Below, piece by piece: positions 22,637 through 35,300 of a stretch of DNA of 40,903 nucleotides; position 1 is the stretch's first letter; every line of letters starts with the position of its first letter. A model generated the notes under the pieces. That model saw nothing but the letters and a program-made list of their open reading frames with translations, did no database searches and was not told the origin of the DNA. The stretch lies in assembly GCA_002269645.1 (NCBI GenBank), contig NIVC01001795.1, forward strand, positions 171,742-212,644, read 5' to 3'. The translations under genes and the position numbers were made by a program. This DNA comes from Macrostomum lignano. Taxonomy: Eukaryota.

Positions 22637-23639
22637 CCTGTGATGCCTAGTTTAACCCTTGCTTGTTAACTAAACCCTCTGGCTTAGTTTTAGTTCTTAA
22701 ACTTGTTTTACTAAAGTAGAGTTAATTTGTCAGTTTAAATTGGCGCCATACAAAGCAATAGAACCGGGAAAGTGATTAAAAGCAACCCGGAATGATTTTA
22801 CGAACATTTGGCGCGAATTTGAACCAAATGATTTTTAAAACAAACAATCTCCCAATCCGCTGCGAGTCAGGTGGCGCAGAGTGCGAATATTTGAAAATTC
22901 ACAAGCGTTTTTCTACTTTAGAAATCTAAAAGCAGCTTCTTGTGAATTTATTATTGTCCAATTATTACTGTGCATTCACTGTTCCTATCAATTATTGACG
23001 CGTATACCGAACTTTGCCGTTGTTGCTTTTCTCAATTTTCTTGCTTGTCCCCCTGCTTTTATTCATGTCTTACTGATAGGCCCCAGCAGCCTTCGATTTT
23101 GCGTGTTGTGTTTGCCTGTTCGTTCGGGTATTTGATATGCTGTTATTAACTTATAAATTATTAATACCCCCGTGCCGCCCCCGTGTCTGATCTCTCTGTC
23201 AGTTGAATAATTCCGCCGCTAATTTCATATTCATATCCGAGACTGATCATAAGTTTAAAAAAATTCTGTTTATTTGTGAAAACAAATTCATGATTTGTGT
23301 TATTCGATGTTGTGCATTCTAAGTTTTTATACATTTATCAGGACCTCGCTACGGTATGTTGAAACACCTGCACACTCGACGTACCGGTGTATCGGCATAT
23401 CATTAACTAATGATAGTTCCTTTTTGTGAGCCACCGACTTTCCTGACTGTCAATCTCCTTAAACTCTGTTGGCCTCTATATTGCCAGCTCCTCTGCTTGG
23501 GCTCTTACTCTGGAGAGGCAGAACTGCACTAATAGACAGATCAACCAGCGGGCTTTTGCTTAGCAACTGAATAACTTTGTCATGGATACTGGCCGGCTTC
23601 TCTGAGCGCACTACATATTATTGGATTGGTCCAGCGCCA

Positions 23640-24665
23640 GCCTCCCAGAGTGTCAGTTGCTGGGCCAGCCTTCCAGATTTTTTAGTTGCTGGGCCATCCT
23701 CCCAGATCCTCAGTTGCTGGGCCAGCCTCCAAGATCCTCAGTTGCTGGGCCAGCCCTCAGATTCTCAGTTGCTGGGCCAGCCTCCCAGATCCTCAGTTGC
23801 TGGGCCAGCCTCCAAGATCCTCAGTTGCTGGGCCAGCCTCCAAGATCCTCAGTTGCTGGGCCAGCCTCCAAGATCCTCAGTTGCTGGGTCAGCCCTCAGA
23901 TCCTCAGTTGCTAGGCCAGCCTCCAAGATCCTCAGTTGCTGGGCCAGCCTCCAAGATCCTCAGTTGCTGGGCCAGCCTCCCAGATCCTCAGTTGCTGGGC
24001 CAGCCTCCAAGATCCTCAGTTGCTGGGCCAGCCTCCAAGATCCTCAGTTGCTGGGTCAGCCCTCAGATCCTCAGTTGCTAGGCCAGCCTCCAAGATCCTC
24101 AGTTGCTGGGCCAGCCTCCAAGATCCTCAGTTGCTGGGTCAGCCCTCAGATTCTCAATTGCTGGGCCAGCCTCCCAGATTCTCAGTTGCTGGGTCAGCCC
24201 TCAGATTCTCAGTTGCTGAGCCAGCCTCCCAGATTCTCAGTTGCTGGGCCAGCCCTCAGATCCTCAGTTGCTGGGCCAGCCTCCCAGATCCTCAGTTGCT
24301 GGGCCAGCCTCCCAGATCCTCAGTTGCTGGGCCAGCCTCCAAGATCCCCAGTTGCTGGGCCAGCCTCCCAGATCCTCAGTTGCTGGGCCAGCCTCCCAGA
24401 TCCTCAGTTGCTGGGCCAGCCTCCAAGATCCTCACTTGCTGGGCCAGCCCTCAGATTCTCAGTTGCTGGGCCAGCCTCCAAGATCCCCAGTTGCTGGGCC
24501 AGCCTCCCAGAGTGTCAGTTGCTGGGCCAGCCTCCAAGATCCTCAGTTGCTGGGCCAGCCCTCAGATTCTCAGTTGCTGGGTCAGCTTTCAGATTCTTAG
24601 TTGCTGGGCCAGCCTCCCAGATTCTCAGTTGCTGAGCCAGCTTTCAGATTCTTAGTTGCTGGCTG
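23640..24665. repeat. 27-28-bp minisatellite (CTCAGTTGCTGGGCCAGCCTCC(A/C)AGATC)n, ~37 copies, downstream of Ssdp
   Basis: Direct reading. Each unit carries the interrupted palindrome GCTGG-G-CCAGC. Confidence 0.97.
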
Positions 24666-26319
24666 ACCCAGCTTTGTGCAACTCAGTTTTGCTTGAATGC
24701 AAGTTAATTAATTCCCAGATGAAAAAGACAACAGAAGTCCTCAGAGTCGGGCTCCATTTGCAAGCTTCTGAATTCGCTGAAACTATTCTTATGATCTATT
24801 TTAGCACCTGCTGGTTCCTTGGACCCAGCCAGCATCAGCTCCCCCCCCACAGTTTGTTTCATCAATCTGCATTGTTCCGCACGAATCGTGACAGTGTACT
24901 TTAGCGACTCACACACTGATATTTACTGCGTCTCGAATTTTCTTTGTTGTTTTTGGTCAGACTAATTTTTTTGTTCATCGAATGCTTTGGCAACCGTTTT
25001 TACACGCTTCAACTTTTGCTTCTGTCGAATTTAGCTTTTTTTTCCGTCTGTCTTAAATGCCCGCGTTATTAAGTTTTATTATATCATACTTGTGCGTGTT
25101 AGTGCATGTCTCTATGTGCACACTAAGCCATAACCTGTCTTTTTTCTCTTTTAATCTTCGTCTTGTCCTGAACTGACCTGATTCTTTACGGACGCTCTGT
25201 AAATAAGGCGTGTTTAGTATGCACCGATGTTTGTTGTGTGCAACTTTATCGGCGTAAATGCAGTTTTTCTGCATGCGCACCTGATCTTAGGCTATAATTA
25301 AGTTTTTTTTTGACACTGGCAAGCCTATGTAGCCATTTTATTAATATTATGTTGCTTCTGTATAAGTGTCTGTATAGTGCGATGTAATGTATTAATGGCA
25401 GGAAAATAATTTGCAATATGCGGACTTGCTTGTCTCGCGCAGTCTGCTTAATCTACACAATGATATACCATAGTAGACATGACAGCGTCTAGCTTGCGAC
25501 TAAAAATTTAATAATAAAAGTGCCAGATCGGTTCAAGCAAATATGTTATCATTTTCCAACCGACACCGTCAGCTAACAAAGTTTAATAAACGTTAGTTAT
25601 GAGCTGGGATCACTTTTTCCTGCGCACGAATTCATGTCTAATCTAATCGTCACTTTTATCCATAACCAGTTTTTAAAATGTACTTAATTGTCTTGATCTT
25701 TTGTTATGAGTACAGTCATACACTGAATTTTGTAAAATTCTTCATTATTACCTCTGCAAATTCACGGCAGCTTAGTCCAAAAACTTGCAGTGTACCTTAA
25801 AAATATCGTAACCGGTGGCCTGATATACTTTATTTATGGGCCACTTGAGGAAAATAGTCATTTTATTTCCATCTTAAAATACTAAAACTTAGTGCAGCAA
25901 TGTCGGAGAAATTTTCGTATGTTGCTCATGATATGTCAGTTTAGGGTAAATTTAAAGGTAGCGTTCGGGTGGGGAGAAATAGCTGGCATGTCTTTCAAGA
26001 AAAAATAGGATTATGAAAAGTGATGTAAAAGCTTTTTATATTAAAATATTTTTGTATATGCTGGATGCAAATATTTTTCATATTTCTCTTAGACTTCAAT
26101 TTTGTTAAATCTGATCAATATTCAAGTATGCTTCTTGGAAATCAAAAAGTTGAAAACCGAAAGAAGCGGGTTTATAAGCGGTTAACGAACGTTGCAGTGT
26201 CGCTCTATCCCCTACGTCTATGTTTAAATTGTTTTCTATTGCTAAAAAAATTGATCAATGCTAAAATCGCAACATTCTTTGATTTAAAAACAGACCGTCA
26301 GACGTGATAAAATTCAACT

Positions 26320-29300
26320 ATGTCTTCTAAGTCGTCTAAAGAGACAAGCATAGATAAAAGCATTGAAACCTCTCAGGAATCAAGAGTTCAAATTAATCAT
26401 GTTTCAGATAGCATGACTCTTCTTTTGTATCTGGGTTTACTGATTGTCACTATCCTTACTGTATGGCTTTTTAAGCATCGACGATTTCGGTTTATTCATG
26501 AAACTGGTCTGGCTATTTTATATGGTAAGAAACTATAAAATTCTTTGTATGTAAATGTGATCACAACCTCTTGTTTTCTCCTAGCCATATTAAAACCATA
26601 GGGGGCATAGTCACAATGTATGGCAGGCTAGCCCTCTGTGTGCCCATTTGTCAAGTAGCTATAAGATATTTTTTGACATAGTTCTAGTTTACTTTGTTAT
26701 ATTCCAAACCGCCTACCCTTGATTCCTTGAATAGAGGGCGAAATAATTTAACGCAGTAAACTAGAACTATACCTATTTTTTTTCTACAGATTGTAGGTCT
26801 ACTGATATATTCTGACAAAGGCCTATGACTCAAGCTAGGCCTATGAGTTGCCATTCTGTAGTTCCTGTTACTTTTTAAATGAAGTATATGGTGGCCATGT
26901 CTATAATATTTGAGCTTATACTGTTATAGGCACGGCTATAATCAATATAAAATGCGTTCTAAGGGCTCTCTCACAATCAAATAGTGGCAGAGGCTTAGTG
27001 TAGTGGATAAGACGATTGCCATGATTTTGTGTTACTCTTAAAAATTAAATTAAATTTCATTTAAAAAAACTCTAACTTTTCAATTGATCAATCTTTTCAT
27101 CCAATCAATGATTATATACATAGCATGGCAGCCATGCCTATAAGCTCTAATATTAGAGACACAGCTACCCACCGTGTCTTTACATGTGAACCCATTTTAA
27201 TAACATGGCCACCCACTGTGTTTTTAAGTGTGAACCCATTTAATATTAGGCCTAATAACATGTCTGCCATGCAAGTTTCATTGACATTGTGGCTATGTCT
27301 TCAATAGTGACTAGGGTGCCATCAAAATGGCCACACGTAGAACGGCCATACAACAAAACGGCCACACTGTCAAAACGGCCACACGACAAAACTGCCACAC
27401 AATATAATAATTTGTAATAATAAGAGATAAGAGAAGTGGAGGGTTGAATGTACATTTAAGTAGAAAGATAAATGATGAACAATCGGGGGGGGGGGTGGCG
27501 TACATGGGGGCCGAGGCACTGGTCAATTAAGAATAAAGGTGGATGGTTGCAGAGAGAGGAGCTTATCATTTTACAACAAGAAAGAAATTAGTTGATTTCT
27601 TTATATTCTTTATATTTAGTTGATTTCTTAGTTGAAAATTTTACTTTGTGAACCATTTTAGCATTTTTTAACTTTCTTACATAACTATTTTAGCATATTT
27701 TAAAAATTTGCATAACTGCTGGTCGCTCCATAAAATACAATTTCATCTTCGCTTTCGGATCCTTTTCGGCCTACATAAATTGCATAATATCTCAATGCAT
27801 TCACTTTTTTGCATTTTGATACTGATGCAAGTACCAAAGCTAAAAACAATTAACATAACAAAGCTTCCTTAACATAACAAATAAAACAAAGTTGATCTGC
27901 AACCCTTTTTGTTTTATATGGCCATTTTGGTGGCCATTCCGCGTGTGGCCATTTTAATGGGCATCCTAGTGACTAGGTCCATACTTATAGACATGGTGCC
28001 ATGTTTATAATATAAATACTTATAGATACTTGTATCTCTAAGTATGGATCTAGTCACTATCAGAGACATGGCTGCTGTGTCTATAGGTTTCTGCATTATA
28101 GACAAGTGCCATGTCTCTAAGTGTGGCTTTTTAAAAATTCCTATGAAGCTGCTTAAACCATGTCCTTATTAATCATCAACTAAACTTTATAAAACTAGTA
28201 GACCCAACCCCTAATGCACTAGATGCCCTATTTTTCTATACTAGACTATGTTAATAACATATACCTATATTCTATCCAAGGTCTAGATCATATAGTAGTG
28301 TATACCAGAACAAGAATCCTAGCTCATCTAAATATATAGCAGTGTACGCCAAAAAGGGTAACAATTCCCCTAATATGTATGCCAAAATTTCTTCTAAAAA
28401 AGGTCATTTAGGTTAAAAAAAGCATAAGACAATAGTTACATCCAAATTAATCAATATTACTCAGTTGTCTTCTTTCAGTCATCTAGAAATAGAAATAAAA
28501 AAAAATTTAAACTCATTTTGAAATAGTTCTTGAATTTTTTTTATGTAAATTGCATAATTTATGTTAAAAGTTTCAGGCACAAGTCACATAGCATAAGTTT
28601 GTAGGCAAAAATTTGTCCACCAAAAATGGTAAGACTTTGTTTGTATGCCAAAATTTGTATGCCAAAAATGGCAAGACTTTGTTTGTATGCCAAAATTTGT
28701 ACCCCAACTTTGAAAGGGGTCATTTGTATGCTGGAATTTTCCGACGTACTTGTAACCTTCTGGAGTCTGGTATTCCATATATTCCAGAAAGTATTTAGCT
28801 ATCTAGTAAAGTGTAGACTAGTAAAGTATACCAATTAAGTGTTCTAATGAATTGTATACTAATAATATTGTATGATTAACAAGCATAAAAACAATGCAAC
28901 AAGCAATAAAGGAAGCAAATAATTTCTGCAAAATAAAACCTGTTCTGTACCATTTAAAAAAAATAGAAATAATTAGTAGGCCTAGAACAAAATAGTAAAG
29001 TTTATTTTTGATTGGAATATACGAGGGGTGATCAAAAAGTTCTGCAACCTTTTGTTATAGCTTTTAGTTATAGAATTGGCAAAAGCCAAAAACTTACACA
29101 TATGCGGCTATATCTGTTTGCTATATTTATATGCATTTTTGGCTTCCAAATGTGCTCTAGTAAAATTTCACAGCCATATATTTTCCATGTGTTTTTAGTA
29201 GCTGATGGAAACATCAAAAGATAGTGTTCGCTTCTATATCTTTATGTGCATGCAACTTGGTTGCAAAGTGACTGAGATTCATACCAATCTGGTGAATGTT

Positions 29301-32300
29301 TTAGCTGACTCTGCTCCATCATTTGACATGGTTGCCCACTGGCTGCGCCATTTCTTGGAAGGCTGGGACAGCTTCAACAATGAACCAAGGTCTGGCAGAC
29401 CCTAGACATCTGTGACCAAAGATGTTGTGGCCCATGCCAATGCAATAATTCGTGAGGATTGGAGCATTATGCTGAGATTCATTGCCTATGAGCTTGGTGT
29501 CAGCTATGGAAGTGCTCATAACATCATGCATGAGTGACTGGGCCACACAAAGACCTACGCTTGGTGGGTACCCCATCTTCTCACTCCGGAGCAGCAAGCA
29601 GAGAGGGTGCACATCTGTCACTTGTGGGTGCAAATGTTTGAGGCCCACGGCCCACGACGACTGTTGGATGTCATCACAGGAGACAAATGTTGGATCTCCT
29701 TCTTTTACCATGAAAGATAAGCAGTCCAACATGGTCTGGCTGGCAGAAGATAAGCCAAGGCCTAAGGTGCTAAAGACTGGATTCCGCAGTCAGAAGTGGA
29801 TATTCACCATTTTTTCAACTCTCAGGGTGTTGTATTAGTGAACATCCTTCCAGCAGGTGCCACAGTGACTGCCAGGTACTACGTAGACACTGCTCTGCCA
29901 GGCGTGCTGCAGGAGTGGCAGGAACGTGCGCAAACCAGGCATGGACCACAACTCCTGCTGCACCATGACAATGCGGCACTGCACAGAGCGGCCTCAACCA
30001 TGGCGTGCCTAGAGCAGCAGGGGGTCCGGCTGCTGCCCCATCCACCCTACTCTCCAGACCTAGCACCATGCGACTTTTGGCTGGTCCTGAGGATCAAATC
30101 CGTCATTTCTGGGAGGCCATTTTCATGCATGCAAGACCTTGCCCAAGTGGTACATTCAGCTCTACAGGGTATACCAACTTCAGAGTACCATGACTGCTTT
30201 CAGACATGGTGCACACGCATGCGACGGTGTATAGATATTGATGGAAAGTACTTTAAGGGAATATGACACTGATTAGATGCCTTGGCTGCTGTAGAACTGA
30301 GTTGTGAGGTCACTTGCAGAACTTTTTGATCACCCCTTGTATTCTTCACTAGGAACTATAAAAATACTATTTTATTTAAAAAGCTAACTTATTATTATAA
30401 TTAAAAAATTACTTTTTTTATAACAAATAATTATTTAATATACTTTAGACAATGATATCATATTCTTCTTATGGTTCTATTTGCTACGCCATAAGCTTGA
30501 ACAAATATAGTTAAGAATTTATTTCTTGGGTAACTGGTTGTTTTGCCCATAAACCATTTTGGCTATGGACATTTTGCCCCTACACCATTTTGCCCACAGA
30601 CTGTTTCTTCCATAGCCCATTTTGGCCATGGACCATTTCTAAACTTTACAGTTTGTTAACTCTGTGCTTTGATTTTAAATTTTGGTGACAAATCTTATTC
30701 TTTTAGTATTTCTGGCTTTACCTTGTAATAATTCACAATCATACATGCGCAACCCCCCTGATTTACACTGGCCATGCGACTTACTTTTTGACCAAAAATG
30801 CAACTTACCTGTGAAAGAAACCCTAACGCAATTTTGAGTAAATGGCAGGAGTAACCATGACTGTCTTATAAGGGCTAAATGCCTCGTCATATAATTAGTG
30901 CTACATCTGTATTCTTTAGACTGGGAATTTTTGCGACTTACCCCTGGTCAACCACAATTTATGGTGGCCAGATCGACTAGCAGTTGCGCATATATGTTCA
31001 CAATCATAATGAACAAAATTGCAATAACACAATTGTTGTAGCAACAATTCAGATCATAGTTTTTTTACACATTAAAAAAATTAGCATTGAAAAAAGAAAA
31101 GAAAGATAAATGTATGGCTATATCTCTAAATTATATAATTACCATTTTGGCCAAAATGCTTATAGCCAAACTGGTTTATGGGCAAAATGGACTTATGGGC
31201 AAAATGGTCTAGGGGTGAAATGTCTATGGCCAAAATAGTTTATGGGGTGAAACAACTGGAATTCTATTTCTTTTATTTATATGCTTGTATCTATATATCT
31301 AGATATATACTAGCTGAAGCATTTATATGCTAGAATTTTCTAGCTTATATTACATCTGCAATATGGCCTATATTGCTAAGAGCCAATCTAAATTAAACAC
31401 TATCTACAATAGTGGTTATTCTAATTGGCTAAAATAAGAGACCTAACTATCTATACTAATATCATTAAAATTGGGAACATATAGGCTCCTATGATAAGCC
31501 CAATGATAAGGCCTATCATTGTTCTCATGTTGGCACTTGGTGCAGTTTTGTTCAGAAAAAAATTATTTATTTTAATTTAATAATTTTAACAACTTAAAAT
31601 TGGTTTTGGTTTATAAATTGAAAACTATAATAATAAATATGACTATAGATTAAAAAATAAGTTTAGTAGATTAATAGTTATAGATTTACTAATTAACTAT
31701 ACTCCAAAAAGATGTTATTCTTACTTAAGAATTTTCTAGTATGTACTTAAAATTATCTAAAGTATATTGGATTAATAGTACTTTCTTTATTGGTATTATC
31801 CAAGTTGCATTATTTTTGAACAATATCTTTTTGGTATTAATGGTATTGGTATTTGGTATATTTGGTGTATTTATTTGAAACTCATTAATTATTCTCATTT
31901 GAAACTTATCAGAGAATTATTTTCTTTTTCTGGAAAGCTTGGTGTGCCTACCCCATATCAGCGACAGAGATGGGGAGTTTCAAGAGCAGCTGCACTGGTG
32001 CTCACTTTTTGCATACATTCTGGCTGCTATACAGCTTCCCCTAGCTCTAAGTTAGGCCCCAAAAACAATATGTTTTTTATGCATCTAAAGTTTAAAGTAA
32101 AATAGGTTGCTATGCTCATTGTTATTTGGAATCTATTTAAACTAAACCCTTAATATGTCATGCCCTAGGAGTTTGTTCTAAATAGTACATGATTGTTTCT
32201 TATAGCTAGGTAAAAATCGAGTTAAAATTGAAACCAGCTCCATAAAAGACATAAAGATATATACAGATATGCCGAGAAATACGAATACATTCCGTTTTTT

Positions 32301-35300
32301 TACATACTCCGTCATTATACATTTCATACAGTCCTAAATTACTTGTACAAGATCTGCTTAATAAGTTCGCGAAAAATGAATATCCTTTTCATGCAAATAT
32401 ACTGAAGTTTGTTTATTTCATTCGATGTTAAAACCTTTCATGTAGATTTTCAGCATCTTTGACTGAGATTCTCCGATGCAGTGGCTGAAAGAGTGATGCA
32501 ACCTCATAATCTTTACTGCACTTGATTGACCATGTGTGACAGAGGAGTCGCAATTCTTGTCCAGTTTCGACTTGGCCAGTTTGCCTCGGAATGCGTGCAG
32601 ACGCTTCAACAAGCCCTGAATGATGAAGCCTCATCCTATACAATGGTATACAAGTTGGTCAGGAGGCGGCAGTGGCTAAGATCGACGAGTGAAAGTATCC
32701 GGGTGCTGGGTAACCATCACCTGAACCCAACCCAGATGCAAGTTCATATTGAGTTCGCAACCTTCATCCATAACAAATTCGACAAGGGGGCTTCGAAATT
32801 GATGGACAACATCCTGACAGGTTATGAAACATGGGTGTACTTCTCAGAGACAAAATTCCAGAGCAGGCAGGGGATCGCCTTCGAAGAGGATGCCCCTGTC
32901 AAATTCCTACGAGTGTCGGCAAGGTCTTGGCAGCATGCGGTGTGGCATTCTGCTACCCATCCTATTCGAGGAAGGTGCCACAGTGACTGGTAACTGGTAC
33001 TCAGGTGTCTGCTCACCGCAGGTGCTGAAGTTACTCTCTCAGGAGCGGCCTTGTCCTTGTCCTTATATGACAATTCGACCTCCTATGAGGCATGCCACTC
33101 ATTGGCTTTGAGTCGGTTCCGCGGTGCAGACTTTCCGGTGTCTTGCTATATTTGTCTTCGAGATGCTCTTGCTGCAGCCCGGGCAAGCAATCTTCGCTCT
33201 TCTCGGTGCGTCGGTTGGTTCAGGCCTGTCCGTCGTGTAGGCGTCTTGGTCCTCTTCTTCTTGTTGGTACCCTGTTTGTAGGTCATTGTACTGCGCACAG
33301 TTGCGTATGTGCCTCGCCATGTTGCTGGCGCTCCTGGGCTGGAGACAGTACGGGCATGTCCCTTTCAGGGCGCCTTTACAGATCTAAAGGTGGTTCGTCT
33401 CGCTGGCCTTGTTGTTTAGGATGTCTCCGCATCTTGGGAACTTCTTCTCCTCTTGTCTCTGTTCTCGATGCATCCTGGTGTTGTGTATCTTCAGTCCCGT
33501 GTGAGTCTTGAACTCTCTGTTGCAGATGGTGCAGTATCTGTTCTCTGTTTGCCGTCCTGTTTGGTCCCTTGGCATGACCGTGTTCTTGTTCATTGCTTTC
33601 ACCTCTTCCCATTTTGTTATGTCAGGAGCGGCCAAAGACTTCTTAGCGGACTTCTTCCTCTTCTCGAAGATATCAAGAAGAATCTCAAAGGAAAGCACTT
33701 TGACTCTCGCAAGGAGCTCGAAGAGGAGCTGAGAGCAGAGCTCAGGTGAAATTGAGGGACTGTTTTACAGCATTGGTTTCATCAGATGAAGAAATGCATC
33801 AATCTGTCTGGAAACTACGTTGAGAAGTCTCATTAGATGGGGGTATATGCGGAAAAAAATTAGTGCCAGAATATTTTAAAAGTGTTTTTTTCGCGAACTT
33901 ATTGAGCACTAATCAGTCATCGTAAATGAGCTCCGAAAATTTGAACATTTTCAGGGTTTACTACGAGCTAAATTGTAGCTCAGATTGAGATATTTGTATG
34001 CTATTAGTCTGTCATCATGAATTTTCGATTGTTATCATAATTAAAGAAGCCTAAGACGAAAGCTGCAATATAAGCTGTACTTGTCGAATTAATATATATT
34101 TAGTCGACTATTTTTAAAGCAATGTAAGGGGCATTGCCAGCTTCACAGCTTGATGCAGTACGCCAGCTTGGCAGCGTCTCCGCCGCAGCTGGCAACCAGG
34201 CAGACAGCGATGAGCGGCGGCTTGATGGCCACGCCGCAGCTGATGAGGTTCTTCAGGATGCACATAGAGCTGGAGATGCCGGCGTTCTTGACGCAGTTCC
34301 AGTCCACAGACAGGAAGGGCACAATCTCGTGGACGAGGTCATCCAGGACCTCCTCACGCTGGGCGGGGGTGTATGCAGCGGAGGCCACGGCCACGAGGCA
34401 CAGAAGAGCAATGACGGCCTTCATTCTGTGAATATTCGTAGTAATTGGAATGCAAAATAGTTATATTGCGCTTACTGTGCTACTATCCACTTATTGAGTA
34501 GAGAGTAGAATATTGATTTGTTTTATTTTTAAAAAGGAAGAATGGAAATTATTGTCGACGAAACTTACTTGTTACTGGAGTTGCGCTCTTCGAATTCGGT
34601 TACTGTCGGCTTATGAGTTTTTGTTAATTGGAGATGGCATCTTAAATCAGACTTGCATATATAGACTATCAAAGAAAAGACTGTCGAGTTCACACGATTG
34701 GGCGTATCGCTGGTGCGAATCTTTTTTGACATTCATTGACAGTTCTTAGCTTGTTAACTCTGACGGCTTGTTGGATTGTCCGCTTTTATCTGCACCAGTT
34801 CCAGTTCCTTACTCGAAGATCTTCTGGTGGATTTTTTATCTGGCGTTTCGGCTAGCCGTATTTTGCTACCGTTAATAATTTGAAAGTAACGAGTTTCAAA
34901 ACTTGTTCCTGCCAGACTTTGGTACTCATAACCAATCTTTACTGCTAAATTGGTCTTATTTGGTCAAAATTTATGTATGTAAAGTGAAAACTCAAACAGG
35001 TGTCTATGCTCGTTGCTATTAAGAATCGATTTTCCTTAAACCCACAATATTTCATGCCGTAGCAGTTGGTTTTTAAGCAGTGGATGTTCACTATAGATAT
35101 GTAAAAAAAGGTTAAATAACTGTTCATTGACTCATGTGTGTACTTGAAGTTGCCAGCCGAGAAAGTTTGGAGATGAATTTCTGGTATTCAAATTCAGAGC
35201 TGGTACTTTTTTGCTGCAAATTTTCTCCACTTGTCCATGCTAGATAAAATTCACTCTGAGCTCGCAGGCCGTGAATTACATGGAAATTTATCATTTCTGT

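Noticed and set aside
23577-24655. Several 97-352 aa plus-strand ORFs (QLLGQP/SCWAS repeats)
   Set aside because: They arise in all frames from a stop-poor 27-28-bp tandem array.
33051-33100. YDNSTSYEA read as the mariner HDNA motif
   Set aside because: It lies inside the TSD-bounded LINE insertion. The mariner continues at 33622 as QERPKT, so the resemblance is coincidental.
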